This document shows, in pieces, positions 11,750-23,196 of a stretch of DNA of 64,000 bases. This DNA comes from Eledone cirrhosa (Eukaryota). The number at the start of each line of letters is the position of its first letter. The stretch's first letter is position 1. The stretch is from the NCBI GenBank assembly GCA_964016885.1, contig OZ024743.1:158472001-158536000 (forward strand), in the 5' to 3' direction. Both the position numbers and the translations under genes were made by a program. Under the pieces are notes generated by a model. It saw only the letters and a list, made by a program, of their open reading frames with translations. It ran no database searches and was not told the DNA's origin.

Positions 11750-12230
11750 ACTAGTTCAGGATAATGCCACATAGGAGACATATCTGTTCTGGAATGCCGT
11801 CCACATTTCTTTGACTGGTTTGGATGAGGATTCCAACCCCCATCCCCGACCTGTTCTCCTTTTTAGTTTGGTAGACCTCAAGGATTTTCGAGTTTTCCTC
11901 GATATCTACTGTGACTACAGCAATTAGCCAGGGAATGACTATTTCAGGCGGCACCTGTTGTACACGGATCCTTGCCAGTCTCTGTCCACAAAGTAAGGGA
12001 CCAGCAGGATCTCTTCACTTTGTAAGAGTTTTAGAGAGTGAGATCTTGCTTCTTCTTCTGTTGCACATCTCACTTCTACCGTGTCCAAAACCCTGCCCCT
12101 TTGTATGTAAGTTTTTAGGTTCCATGCGGAACCTACAGCTTTTTGTATTTGCGTTTCTTTGACTCTCTCCACCTTCCTAGATTTTAAACCAATAATACAG
12201 TACGTCGGTGTGCGGCGGACCATATTTTCG
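11750..12230 (-). mobile_element. Probable ORF1 fragment of a Tx1/L1-like LINE
   Basis: Protein-like decayed frame (IQRGRVLDTVEVRCATEEEARSHSL...PPEIVIPWLIAVV), co-oriented with the Tx1 ORF2 fragment at 13.7-14.6 kb. Confidence 0.35.
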
Positions 12231-13172
12231 ATAGTGTCTGCATCTCCCTTAACCATCCTCCGGGGAAACGCCTTCTCTATTCTGTCCACCGGGGCCTTGG
12301 GGCGGCCAGCACGTGGGACCCCATTTGCTCATAATATAGAGAGATGGGGAGGGCGAGAGAGATAGAGGCGATGACAATGGGAGTTCGGCTCTTCTGTGTT
12401 CGGACCTAGTGTGCAGCGTCAGTTGTCCGTAAGGGGCTAGTGATTCATAATTACTTATATCTAGCCGACTCATAAATGTACAGAGGTGTTAAGGCTGACA
12501 ATAGGGTCTTTCCACCAGTCGTCTAGCTTGTTGTACTTCTTCCTCAGAGTAAGTTACTTTTTGAATGAAAAATTTCGTAGCACAAGCGAAAGATATCTTA
12601 CCGCTAGTGCTGGCATTTTTGGCTGGTTTGCCAGCTGGCTTGTTGTTGTTGTAATTGCTGCTGCTGCTGTTGTTGTTGTTGTTTTCCACCGTTTTCGAAT
12701 TTATAGCTGCTGTTATTTTTGCTGCTGTTGTTTCTGTTGTTATCGCTGTTGTTTTCATTGTAGTTGTTGCTGTCACCATTGTTGATATTCCTCTTACTGT
12801 TGTTATTTTCTGTATTTGAAATAATATGGCTCTGTTGTTTTGTTTTCGTCTCCATTGAAGAGACGCGGTCTTTCTTCACCATCTTCACTTCAGTTATTGA
12901 CAGGGATTCCCTCATTGAAATTTTTTTTTTTATAAATCAAAACTGTCTACACCCTCCCGAGGAAGGAGGGCGTCGTGTCAAAACGATGTTCCCACCTGTG
13001 ACAAGCAGGTCAGCCTCTCCAAATTCTTGTCAGGTTTAAAACTCAAACAATCGGTTGACCAAATAACAAGAAAATGTTACAACAATGTTTGGGTTTTAAC
13101 CGTCCAGAAACCAGAGGGGCAAGATGAAATTATCTTCCAGCTTTGTAATTTGAAATCAATTTCATCTCCTCC

Positions 13173-13287
<115 letters not shown>

Positions 13288-13289
13288 CC

Positions 13290-13505
13290 ACTATCATAAG
13301 CAAATGGGGGCCCACGCGCAGGCCGCCCCGCAGCCCCTGCGGACAGAATAGAGAAGGCGTTTCGCCGGAGCATGGTGAGAGAGATGCGTTGGAAAAGCCA
13401 TTCCAGCTCATGAGGCTCACACCTGCGGGTAACCAACTCTGTGTTGATGGTAGTGAGTAGGGAGGTGGTCCTACGGCCAAGGACACCATAAGCCTCCACT
13501 GCAAA
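13290..13505 (-). mobile_element. CRE-like LINE 3' end next to (CT)n; related ends at 12240-12345 (+), 35600-35915 (+) and 42425-42550 (-)
   Basis: MEAYGVLG...WLFQRISLTMLRRNAFSIL matches the CRE-clade C-terminal FQRISLA(I/V)xRGNA motif. Confidence 0.7.
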
Positions 13506-13709
13506 AGGTTAGTCGTTGAAAATAAACAATACAAAGTGCGTTACTGGTACTTTATTTTATCGACACTGTAAAGATGAAAGCAAAGTTAACCTCAGCAGGA
13601 TTTGAATTCAGAACATAAAAGGCTGTAACTCTATGTTGCGAAGCATAGTGATTGACGCTCTACCGATTCTGCCATTCTGATTTACAGTGTGGTTTGTTTG
13701 TGTAAAAAG

Positions 13710-14645
13710 AAGATATTTAACAGAGACTAAGAAAATAAACATTTAAAAAATCAAACAAAAAGTTCCCCAAAAGTGGGGAAACTCGTAGGGTCACTCGGGG
13801 AGAAAGCCCACAAAATGCCACAGTCACCCTGATCGCTAGGGCAAGTGCCCTTTCCCAGCCGTTCTCCTCCAATTTGCAGACGTATACTCGGATCATGCTC
13901 GCCACTCATTCCCACCTTTCAACAATCTGGTTGGAAAGCAGCACTTCCCTCTCCACCCTGATTTTCCTCTTCAAGTGAAACCTGAAAAAGTTAATCAGGG
14001 CTTCGCCGAAGAGCAGAGTGTTTGTCTTTAACCCTTTCAAACGCGCCCGCCACCCGACCTCTTTCGTCATGGATACCTGGCAGATAAAAACTGCCTGCCT
14101 TTTCTGGTGAAAGGAAGACGTCGTGGCAATCTTTACAATGGACTCCGCTAATAGCAGGATTCTTCCTGCACATGACAGTAGGTGTTCGACATAAACCCAC
14201 ATGTCAGCAAAAACCGAATACTGGATGAGTGCGTACAGGACTGTTTCGTCGCATCCCGGACAAGCCCGGCTGATGGCACTTCCACACCTGTTGAATTTAT
14301 CTCGAACCGGTAAAATTCCTTGGTGGCACTGCTAGGCCAGGGATTTCTGGAAGTTATCCATAGGCCCTGAACTGAAAATCCTCTGGAAAAGAGTAGTTAG
14401 TGGAATTTCGTCAACGTCGTCGTTTTTTTCCCGCCACTAACCCTCTATAGAATGCCAAAGTGGAGTTTCCACCATCTTACCATCCGACTAACTGAGGATT
14501 GTGGGCGCATGAAGACATTCCATTCTCCAACCGCTCCTTGTCAGTCTTCACTTGACCCAGGACTGCAGCTCTTTTAAGGAGACGAGCTGGGGAAAAGTGG
14601 CGAGAACTCCAGGATGGGAAAAAAACCATCAGTACTCCACCAACA
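13710..14645 (-). mobile_element. Tx1/L1-like LINE ORF2 3' part (zf-RVT region)
   Basis: Minus-strand translation FQKSLA*QCHQGILPVRDKFNRCGSAISRACPGCDETVL, followed by ALINFFRFHLKRKIRVERE. Confidence 0.65.
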
Positions 14646-14679
14646 TGCCAAAATAGAACATAGGAGCACATAAGAGAAG

Positions 14680-15240
14680 ATAGAGGTAAAAATTATATCC
14701 ATACACAGAAAGGATACAATGCTCAGACAATTCACAGAAGCGACAAACATAAACGAACCTAACCAAAATTAAACAGAAAACATACGTTGAATAGCAACAT
14801 CACAACTAGAAATTAAAGACAAAATGAAGACATACAGACACACAAAAACCAAACTAACAAAACAAATCAGACACACACATATAGAACAAACAACCAACTA
14901 GTGACAAGTAAATAAACATATTAATAAAAACAAACACTCGCATCCGGATGTAACGCATGCGCAAGCTTAGCACACAACACACAAAAACATGATGGCGTAG
15001 GACAGAACAAAGGAGAGACACAAAATAAAAACCTAGTCACTGAGGAGGTCACAGAATGTGTGACGAAAGAGCTTTGACAATCTATAAACAATCTCCCGGT
15101 TATCGAACCAACCGGAAATTTATAATAAATTGAAGTGAAAATCACAGGTGCGTGTGATTTTATTGGCAGCATGACCCTCCCAAAGTATAACAATATGTTT
15201 CAACAGATAAGAAATCTTGCAAAACAAATTAAAAAACAAA
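14680..15240 (+). repeat. Diverged solo pLTR of the main PLE family with hammerhead (15036-15078)
   Basis: Aligns with 5444-5965 and extends past ATGACCCTCCCAAAG. Motif GTCA-CTGAGGA-G-GTCAC(agaatgt)GTGAC-GAAA-GAGC-TT-TGAC. Confidence 0.85.
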
Positions 15241-15315
<75 letters not shown>

Positions 15316-15354
15316 GTATATATATATATATACATATATATATATACATATATA

Positions 15355-15388
<34 letters not shown>

Positions 15389-15398
15389 CATATATATA

Positions 15399-15722
15399 AT
15401 ATATAAGATCAAAAGATGGTTAAATGAGTTCCATGTATTTTATTATGCGCATTTCAAAAACAAATATCATCATGCAATAACATTTGTGTTTTCATCAGAT
15501 AAAATAGGAAGACATGATATGAAGGTTAAAAACACTTGTGGATAGTGCAGTTTTAAATCAACATATAAACTGCACTATCCACAAGTGTTTTTAACCTTCA
15601 TATCATGTCTTCCTATTTTATCTGATGAAAACACAAATGTTATTGCATGATGATATTTGTTTTTGAAATGCGCATAATAAAATACATGGAACTCGTTTAA
15701 CCATCTTTTGATCTTATATATT
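15399..15722. repeat. Near-perfect fold-back palindrome (about 155-bp arms) adjoining (TA)n
   Basis: 15399-15553 is the reverse complement of 15568-15722; the spacer is about 14 nt. Confidence 0.95.
15616..15682 (+). ncRNA. Intact type I hammerhead ribozyme (mirror copy on minus strand, 15438-15504)
   Basis: TTTTAT-CTGATGA-AAACACAAATGTTA(ttgcatga)TGATATTTGTTTTT-GAAA-TGCGCA-TA-ATAAAA. All three stems pair, the core is perfect, and stem III ATGCGCAT is palindromic. Confidence 0.85.
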
Positions 15723-15833
15723 ATGTATACTCCAGTCCTACAAACTGTAGAGTGCTTCTTATCCGATATCTGCATTGCTTTATTGTACTACAATAAAACT
15801 CACCTCCTACATATACATATATACATATACATA

Positions 15834-15968
<135 letters not shown>

Positions 15969-15987
15969 CATGTAACATGTAACATGT

Positions 15988-17192
15988 ATCCCAGTACAAC
16001 CTGTCTCATGGTCGGGTCGTTGGCGACTAAACTGGCAACCCCACCAAGGTTTCTTGGTGAGGAGGGTGACATCCTGCAGGACTAAAAACAAAACCTGTCA
16101 AAGGGCAAAGGAGCTCTTAAGAGTCAATGGCCATCCAAAATCACCGGGAGAGATGACCCCTTAGCCTTTGTCAAGGCAGAATTCTAGGAGAAGGAAAACT
16201 CTGATATAACACCTGCAACCCTGATGGTATCCAATGATGTTGACTTGTTCTTCTTTTTGGTAAATATCATCTTGGTTAAGAGAGTGGGACTGGCTTTGTG
16301 CAGTGCCTTTGCTCGCTATAAAAGCTTCACGGCACAGGAATTGCTTTATATCTGGAGATCTCTCTGCACTTGTCCTCACATGGTACCATGGGCCCAGCAC
16401 TATGTGTCAATAATTGTCACAAGTGTAGTGTTTGTACCAGAGTTTTCAAGTCGCTGGCTGGACTAAAAAGTCACACTCGTTCAGCGCTTCGGTAGGGGTT
16501 CTCCTACATGGATATAAAGTAGTGGCCGTACTCGAAAACGAGTTGGCAGCCACCATGTATGTATGTATGTATGTATGTATGTATGTATGTATGTATGTAT
16601 GTATGTATGTATGTATGTATGTGTGTATATATATATATATATATGGTCGGGTCGTTGGCGACTAAACTGGCAACCCCACCAAGGTTTCTTGGTGAGGAGG
16701 GTGACTTTGGACATCCTGCAGGACTAAAAACAAAACCTGTCAAAGGGCAAAGGATCTCTTAAGAGTCAATGGCCATCCAAAATCACCGGGAGAGATGACC
16801 CCTTAGCCTTTGTCAAGGCAGAATTCTAAGAGAAGGAAAACTCTGATATAACACCTGCATCCCTGATGGTATCCAATGATGTTGACTTGTTCTTTTTGGT
16901 AAATATCATCTTGGTTAAGAGAGTGGGACTGGCTTTGTGCAGTGCCTTTGCTCACTATAAAAGCTTCACAGCACAGGCATTGCTTTATATCTGGAGATCT
17001 CTCTGCATTTGTCATCACATGGTACCATGGGCCCAGCATTATGTGTCAGTAATTGTCACAAGTGTAGTGTTTGTACCAGAGTTTTCAAGTCGCTGGCTGG
17101 ACTAAAAAGTCACACTCATTCAGCGCATCAGTAGGGGTTCTACATAGATATAAAGTAGTGGCTGTACACGAAAACGAGTTGGCAGCCACCAT
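15988..17192 (+). repeat. Two head-to-tail copies (about 550 bp; 16008-16556 and 16643-17192) of a non-coding retroposon-like unit separated by (ATGT)n(TA)n
   Basis: The direct repeat is visible throughout. It contains CTAGGAGAAGGAAAACTCTGA, reminiscent of RTE 5' UTRs. Both copies end GGCAGCCACCAT at a microsatellite. Confidence 0.85.
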
Positions 17193-17208
17193 ATATATAT
17201 TATATGTT

Positions 17209-17386
<178 letters not shown>

Positions 17387-17479
17387 TATACCTTTTATAC
17401 AAGCATATTATACACGTTTGTATATATTACCTGCTTTCTTTCATTGCTTGCCTATATTCATTATTTGCTAATGTTTATG

Positions 17480-17656
17480 GTGAATTGGCAGTATCGGTAG
17501 AGGGTCGGACATGCTTTCCAGCGTAGTTACGTCTCTTTACGATCTGAGTTCAAATCCCGCCAAAGTTAACTTTGCCTTTCATCCTTACGGGGTCGATAAA
17601 ATAAAGTACCAGTAACGTACTGAGTAATTGCTGGCCTTTTGCCAAAAGTAGAAACA
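17480..17656 (+). mobile_element. tRNA-derived SINE with 20-bp TSD
   Basis: B-box-like GAGTTCAAATCC and body TTTGCCTTTCATCCTTACGGGGTCGATAAAATAAAGTACCAG. TSD ATTATTTGCTAATGTTTATG at 17460-17479 and 17657-17676. Confidence 0.9.
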
Positions 17657-17988
17657 ATTATTTGCTAATGTTTATGTTGGATTTAATCCTTCTGAATACA
17701 TCTGATGACTTACAGGTGAGTTTATATATGTGAATAATTATTAATTAATTAGTTATTTCTTAATTAATTTATTGATTATTAATTTATTATTTACTTATTT
17801 ATTATAGTGACTAATTGTAACTGATTGATTCATTGTTTACATGTACATACAAGTTTCTCACCGATATAGAAACGATTGTAGAGATTAAAGATAGATTTGA
17901 TTTAAAAACCATGGTTATAAATATATATATATAAATTTGTTTTCGCTTTAACATGGCGGACACGTAAATGCATTCGTGGGTAAATAAT

Positions 17989-18212
17989 GATTTCTATTTC
18001 TAGTATAGGCACAAGGCCAGACATTTTGGCGGAGGGGAAAGTCGATTAAATCGACCTCAGTGCATTACTGGTGCTTTATTTCATCGACCCCGTAAGGATG
18101 AAATGCAAAGCCAACCTCGGCGGAATTTGAACTAAGACCGTAAAGGGGAGTAAATCTATTCTGCAAAGCATGGTGTCCGATGCTCTACCGATACTGCCAA
18201 TCCATCGCCCAG
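17989..18212 (-). mobile_element. tRNA-derived SINE with TSD
   Basis: Same family on the reverse strand; TSD TTCGTGGGTAAATAAT at 17973 and 18213. Further copies at about 13540-13675(-), 40175-40330(+), 40365-40525(-), 46628-46825(+), 50468-50675(+), 53579-53660(+) and 58216-58402(+). Confidence 0.85.
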
Positions 18213-18287
18213 TTCGTGGGTAAATAATAATAATAACATGAATATAATAACATGAATATAATAACATGAATATAATATCATGAATAC

Positions 18288-18650
18288 TATTTGGTTCGTT
18301 AGCAAACAAACAGCCTCATTACACTATGTGTTCAAGACGACTAACGTCATCCTTTTATTCCAGCGGTAGTAGAGAGAAAAACAATCTACAATTGTCTGGA
18401 GGTTATTACCCCTTATCAATCGCTCGGAATGTAAATTAGGCTAATCAGCCGATGTATACTTTAAAGAATACTATATATTCTCAAAATGTCCAGGGTGTAG
18501 CAGAAAAGAGAGAAATACACAATCTTGATAAAAGGCAATAACCCCGTAACAATTGTCGATTGTTTTTTTCTCTCTAGAACAAACGGATGATGTTAGTTGT
18601 CATGAACACATAGTATACTGAGGCTGTTCGCTTACAAACAAACTGAATAT
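18288..18650. repeat. Old imperfect inverted repeat with degenerate hammerhead (about 18520-18562)
   Basis: Arms at about 18288-18420 and 18524-18650. Motif CAATC-TTGATAA-AAGG(caataa)CCCC-GTAAC-AATT-GTC-GATTG. Confidence 0.6.
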
Positions 18651-18979
18651 TAATAATATTATTATTCACTCACGAATGTATATACGACGATTGTCCCCCT
18701 TGCTTCTGCTGGACACCATCAGGTGGCGATAGCCGCCGGTGTTTGCATAGCTACGGCATTCTAAATGTTTATTATAGACGTACAGTATTTCTTTAGAAAT
18801 ACGAAATTCCAATACATATCTGTATACAGCTAATCTTGAAGCTAAATCCTAATTCTATTATATTATAAGTTGAGCCAACTTATACAGCGTCATATGCAAA
18901 TGAGATTAATCGCCTCATTTACACAGACTAGAAAGCTATATATTCTCGCCTGTTTTCAAGTCCAGCAGTAGCGGGTGGG

Positions 18980-19023
18980 ATCATCCTGGTGAGAACCAGT
19001 TCAGTCCGAAATGCATTGATGAT
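18980..19023 (+). ncRNA. Hammerhead motif (core A6->G variant) in pLTR-like direct repeat 18690-18810 / 19021-19130
   Basis: ATCATC-CTGGTGA-GAAC(cagttca)GTCC-GAAA-TGCA-TT-GATGAT. The downstream CCTTGC.TCTGCTGGAC sequence resembles that beside the intact hammerhead at 49129. Confidence 0.6.
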
Positions 19024-19307
19024 TGTCCTCCTTGCATCTGCTGGACACCGGTGGGTGGTGATAGCCGCCGGTGTTTATTTATAAATGTTTATTTATAAAC
19101 ATACCGTATTTCTTTGTAAATAAGAAATTCACACACACACACACACATATATATATTATTCAAGTAAATAGAAGTTGGTTGATCAAATGATACACCCACT
19201 TTAGTCGTAAGCACTCTACGACTGGTGTTCCTTGAAGAATTATCAATAAGGTATCAACTGGAGTGTCAATATTATTATGAAGAGAGACGGTATATCTATT
19301 TATTGCG

Positions 19308-19338
<31 letters not shown>

Positions 19339-19826
19339 AAGTGAGACGGTTTTAAATGTACATCATTGTATACAATAAATAGATGTACCGTCTCTTCTTA
19401 ATAATATATATCTGTATATGTACACACACATATATATAGTTGAAAAAAAAACAAACATAGGAAGCAATTGTACACAGTTATATTAGGTTCTCGCTTGGTG
19501 GAGGTAGTTTTAGCGTTTCGGATAGGGGAAGAACAGAAACTCCGAGTAACAAGGGACGGTTAAGGAAGGAAGTTAAAAAGTAAAAAGGAGAAATTATGTG
19601 TGTATATGTATATGTCTCTCAAAGGTTCCCAAACGGTGCATTCTAGAGAAAAACGGTTTTTATTTTCTAAATCTGCGTCACAAGGTTGTTAGTTATAAAA
19701 AAAAATGTAATTGTTACGAGATATAAATCAACTTTAAATCGCTAATATAGAATATCATTACAATCCACAACTGTCAGAATACCTCTCTCTATTTATCTAG
19801 CTCTCTCTCTCTCTTTCTCTGTATTT

Positions 19827-19881
<55 letters not shown>

Positions 19882-20016
19882 TGTAGTAGTAGTAGTAGTA
19901 GTAGTAGTAGTATATATGTATATATATGAGACCTATAAATACCATACTTATTTTTTGATACCCAGATTCCTGATGATTTCTAAAGAATGAAACAGTTCTA
20001 GTCCTGTAGAATCTCA

Positions 20017-20060
<44 letters not shown>

Positions 20061-20239
20061 AAAAGGCAAACAGAAATAACAAAGCAAACGACGCAGTACA
20101 ATGAAGAGATATATTAGTTTTACGCTTGATATAGTAGGAAAAGTGTGTTAACGTTTCGGGCGCAGGTCCTTAATCAGAAAATAGAATGAGAAATTAAAGA
20201 AGAGAAAAACAGATCTATTCAAGTCGCCTTGCATAAACG

Positions 20240-20406
20240 TCTGTATACGTGTGTTGAAACAGATATTGTTATACTTTGGGATTGTCATGCAGCCAATAAA
20301 AACACCAACCAGCCAACCAACCGGAAATTTATAGTAAATTGAAGTGAAAACCAACAGCTGCGTGTGTTTTTATTGGTAGCATGACCCTCCCAAAGTATAA
20401 CAATAT
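20240..20406. repeat. Small fold-back of main-family pLTR
   Basis: GTGTTGAAAC.GATATTGTTATACTTTGGG...CCAATAAAAACAC is followed by a forward copy ending CCCAAAGTATAACAATAT. Confidence 0.8.
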
Positions 20407-20443
20407 AACAATATATATATATGGAGAAGGAGCACACGAGTTG

Positions 20444-20480
<37 letters not shown>

Positions 20481-21135
20481 GGGAGAAAAAGACGATTATT
20501 AGGAAGTAAAATATTTTTTCCTTTTGTTTTTTTCTCTTTTTCTGGGTTAGAAAATGTTTAAAACAAAATATTTTACTTTGTGTGAAGTGTTAAAGTATTA
20601 GTTAATTTATTTATTAATTAACAATGGCATTTATTTATTTATATATTTAATAATTGTCTATTACCTCCATTATGGACCAACCAAGCGCTCTTGTCATAAT
20701 AGCACATTTTGAACTGCTTATCCTCAAGAACTATGCCTGTAAATAATATTATTCTTTCTTTCCCATTACCTTATCATGTTCCACATCACTCCTTTTTTAC
20801 TCTTTTATCTTTTTACTTCAAAAACCTTGTTTGTAAATAATATTATTCTTTCTTTCCCATTTCCTTAATATGTTCAACATCACATTATTTTCTCTCCAAC
20901 ATACAAATTCCCCCTTTGATAATGCATAAAATGCTGAAACCGGTAATAGACAATTATTAAATATATAAATAAATAAATAAATAAATAAATAAATGCCATT
21001 GTTAATTAATAAATAAATTAACTAATACCTTAACACTTCAAACAAAGTAAAATATTTTGTTTTAAACATTTTCTAACCCAGAAAAAAGAGGAGAAAAATT
21101 AAAGGAAAAAAAAAAAAAATTTTTCTTCCTAATAA

Positions 21136-22879
21136 CACCGTGTAACAATTTTTGTTCCCCGGTTCTAAGTGTCATTTCATGGTTTGTTATATCCCATTAT
21201 TATTTAAAAAAACACTATTATTTAATCATAAGTTTGGGTTTGTGGTCAGTAGTTTGATATTTCGTAATTTTCATATTTTTCAAGAAAAAACACATTTAAA
21301 AAAAATGTATCAGTTCATATAATTAAATCAACAGGGTATATATTTATTTTATTACACAAGCTTATCAAAAGCAAACAAGTAAAAACAAATAACACTTATA
21401 AAGCAACTTATACACGTCAGAAATGACTGGATTTCCTGGATTAGCGGTTGTAGTCCAGGTCGCATTCCCGCACTAGCCCCCAGATATAGTCCCCCATCAT
21501 TTTTTCATTGTAGTGGCCCTGGTATCTCCGCTCTATCTCTTTCACATCTTGGTGGAATCGTTCGCCTTGTTCTTCTGAGTAGGCGCCCATATTGTCCTTG
21601 AATTTTTCCAGGTGAGCGTCCAGTATATGGAGTTTAAGCGACATCCTGCATCCCATGGCGCCAAAAGGCTTTATCAGATCCTGCACCAGTTGCTGGTAGT
21701 TTTCAGCTCTGTAGTTGCCCAGGAAGCCCTTAACAACTGCCTTGAAACAGTTCCATGCTGTTCTCTCAATCCTGTTAAGCTTGTTGGAGAACTTGGTAGT
21801 CTCAAACACCTTCTTTATCTGAGGTCCAACAAAAATCCCACCTTTGAATTTGGCCTCAGATAACTTGGGGAAGAACTCAAGAAGGTACTTAAAAGCGGCC
21901 GATTCTTGGTTGAGAGCTTTCACAAACTGCTTCATCAACCCCAACTTAATGTGCAGTGGCGGCATGAGCACAATCCTGGGATCAACCAGTGGCTCCAACA
22001 TGACGTTCCGGGTCCCAACTACAAATTCTGTTCGCTGCTCCCAGTTTTTTCTTTTGTAGTGGTCAGAGGTGGCTCTGCTGTCCCAAAGGCAGAGGAAGCA
22101 TTGGAATTTGATAAAGCCTCCTTGGAGTCCAAGCAGGAAATCCACTATCTTGAAGTCTCCAATGATTTCCCAATTGTACTGGTTGTATTGCAGAGCTTCC
22201 AAGAGGACTTTCACACTGTAGTAATCTTCCTTCAGGCAGACTGAATGAGCTAGGGGCAGTGTCGGGAACTTGTTTCTATTGTGGAGGAGGACAGCCTTCA
22301 AACTTGTGGTGGAGCTGTCTATAAATAGCCGCCACTCCTTGGGCACAAACGGCACCCCAATAACGTCAAACAATCCAGGCACGTCATGACAGAAGCAGAG
22401 GCCATCCCTAAGAGTGTAAAAGGCTGATAAAGGTTCGTGTCGACTTCTCTGACTTGTCACCTGCACTTCCTCCTTGACCAAGTTCCACTGCTTCATCCTG
22501 GAGACGAATGCTTAAAACACAACTTACCCTTTATTCAGGGTGCGAAAATCCAGTGTCAATAAATCTCTTTCATCCACTTTTTAACAATTTTATACTTTAT
22601 TGCACTTTTATAATTTTCTTTAGGTATTACTCTTTATTTTATAATTTTAATTTAACCTGAAACATATATAAAAAAAATCATTTCACATAAGCAAACTAAA
22701 CTTACATACAACGTAAAATCCAGCATACAAATAATTCTAGTGAATAGCTTAGAATTTTTACAAACCCAAACTTTTAACTGTTTAATAGTATTTTTTTATA
22801 TTTATTTGGGACCTAAGCAACACAAAAAAAAGTGATTACAAGCCTGGAACAGAGAAAATTTTTTTTTTGTTACACGGTG
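21136..22879 (-). mobile_element. Chapaev3-type (CMC) DNA transposon, probably internally deleted
   Basis: Termini CACCGTGTAACAA / TTGTTACACGGTG. TSD TAA at 21133-21135 and 22880-22882. The empty site can be reconstructed from the other palindrome arm. Confidence 0.8.
21441..22496 (-). CDS. Transposase catalytic region (351 aa, N-terminally truncated)
   Basis: WRLFIDSS..SLKAVLLHN, GDFK, CFLCLWDSRA, PPLHIKLGLMKQFVKAL, MSLKLHIL..H, SEEQGERFHQD. The frame is uninterrupted. Confidence 0.85.
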   Translation of the reverse strand: MKQWNLVKEEVQVTSQRSRHEPLSAFYTLRDGLCFCHDVPGLFDVIGVPFVPKEWRLFIDSSTTSLKAVLLHNRNKFPTLPLAHSVCLKEDYYSVKVLLEALQYNQYNWEIIGDFKIVDFLLGLQGGFIKFQCFLCLWDSRATSDHYKRKNWEQRTEFVVGTRNVMLEPLVDPRIVLMPPLHIKLGLMKQFVKALNQESAAFKYLLEFFPKLSEAKFKGGIFVGPQIKKVFETTKFSNKLNRIERTAWNCFKAVVKGFLGNYRAENYQQLVQDLIKPFGAMGCRMSLKLHILDAHLEKFKDNMGAYSEEQGERFHQDVKEIERRYQGHYNEKMMGDYIWGLVRECDLDYNR

Positions 22880-22915
22880 TAATCGTCTTTTTCTCCCTAT
22901 TTTCATATATATATA

Positions 22916-23179
22916 TATTGTTATACTTTGGGAGGGTCATGTTGCCAATAAGAAACACACGCACCAGTTGCTTTCACTTCAATTTATTATAATAAATTTA
23001 TAAATTTAGGAATTTATAAATTTCCGGTTGGCTGGCTGGTTCCACAACCAGATGATTGTTTATATATTGTCAAAGTTCTTTCGTCACACATTCTGTGACC
23101 TCTTCAGTGATAACAATATCGGTTTCAACACACGTTTTCAGATAAAGAATCTTGCTAAACAAATTCAGAAACGAAATAT
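22916..23179. repeat. Main-family pLTR inversion product: inverted pLTR (to the hammerhead, 23069-23110) fused to forward ATAACAATATC...CGAAATAT
   Basis: Matches 1381-1579 and the reverse complement of 1321-1390; (TA)n on both sides. Confidence 0.9.
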
Positions 23180-23196
23180 ATATATATATATATATA

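Larger units (their letters stand above)
20475..22905. repeat. Fold-back pLTR-like element whose right arm is split by the Chapaev3-type transposon; degenerate hammerhead at about 20912-20950
   Basis: 20480-20665 is the reverse complement of 20942-21135 joined to 22883-22898. Motif TTGATAA-TGCAT(aaa)ATGC-T-GAAAC-CG-GTA. Confidence 0.8.

Noticed and set aside
15135-15775. Identical peptide [13 protein letters not shown]...KNTCG on both strands
   Set aside because: A consequence of the DNA palindrome; no coding signature.
17480-17560. tRNA-like A/B boxes
   Set aside because: Heads of multi-copy SINEs with TSDs; no complete cloverleaf.
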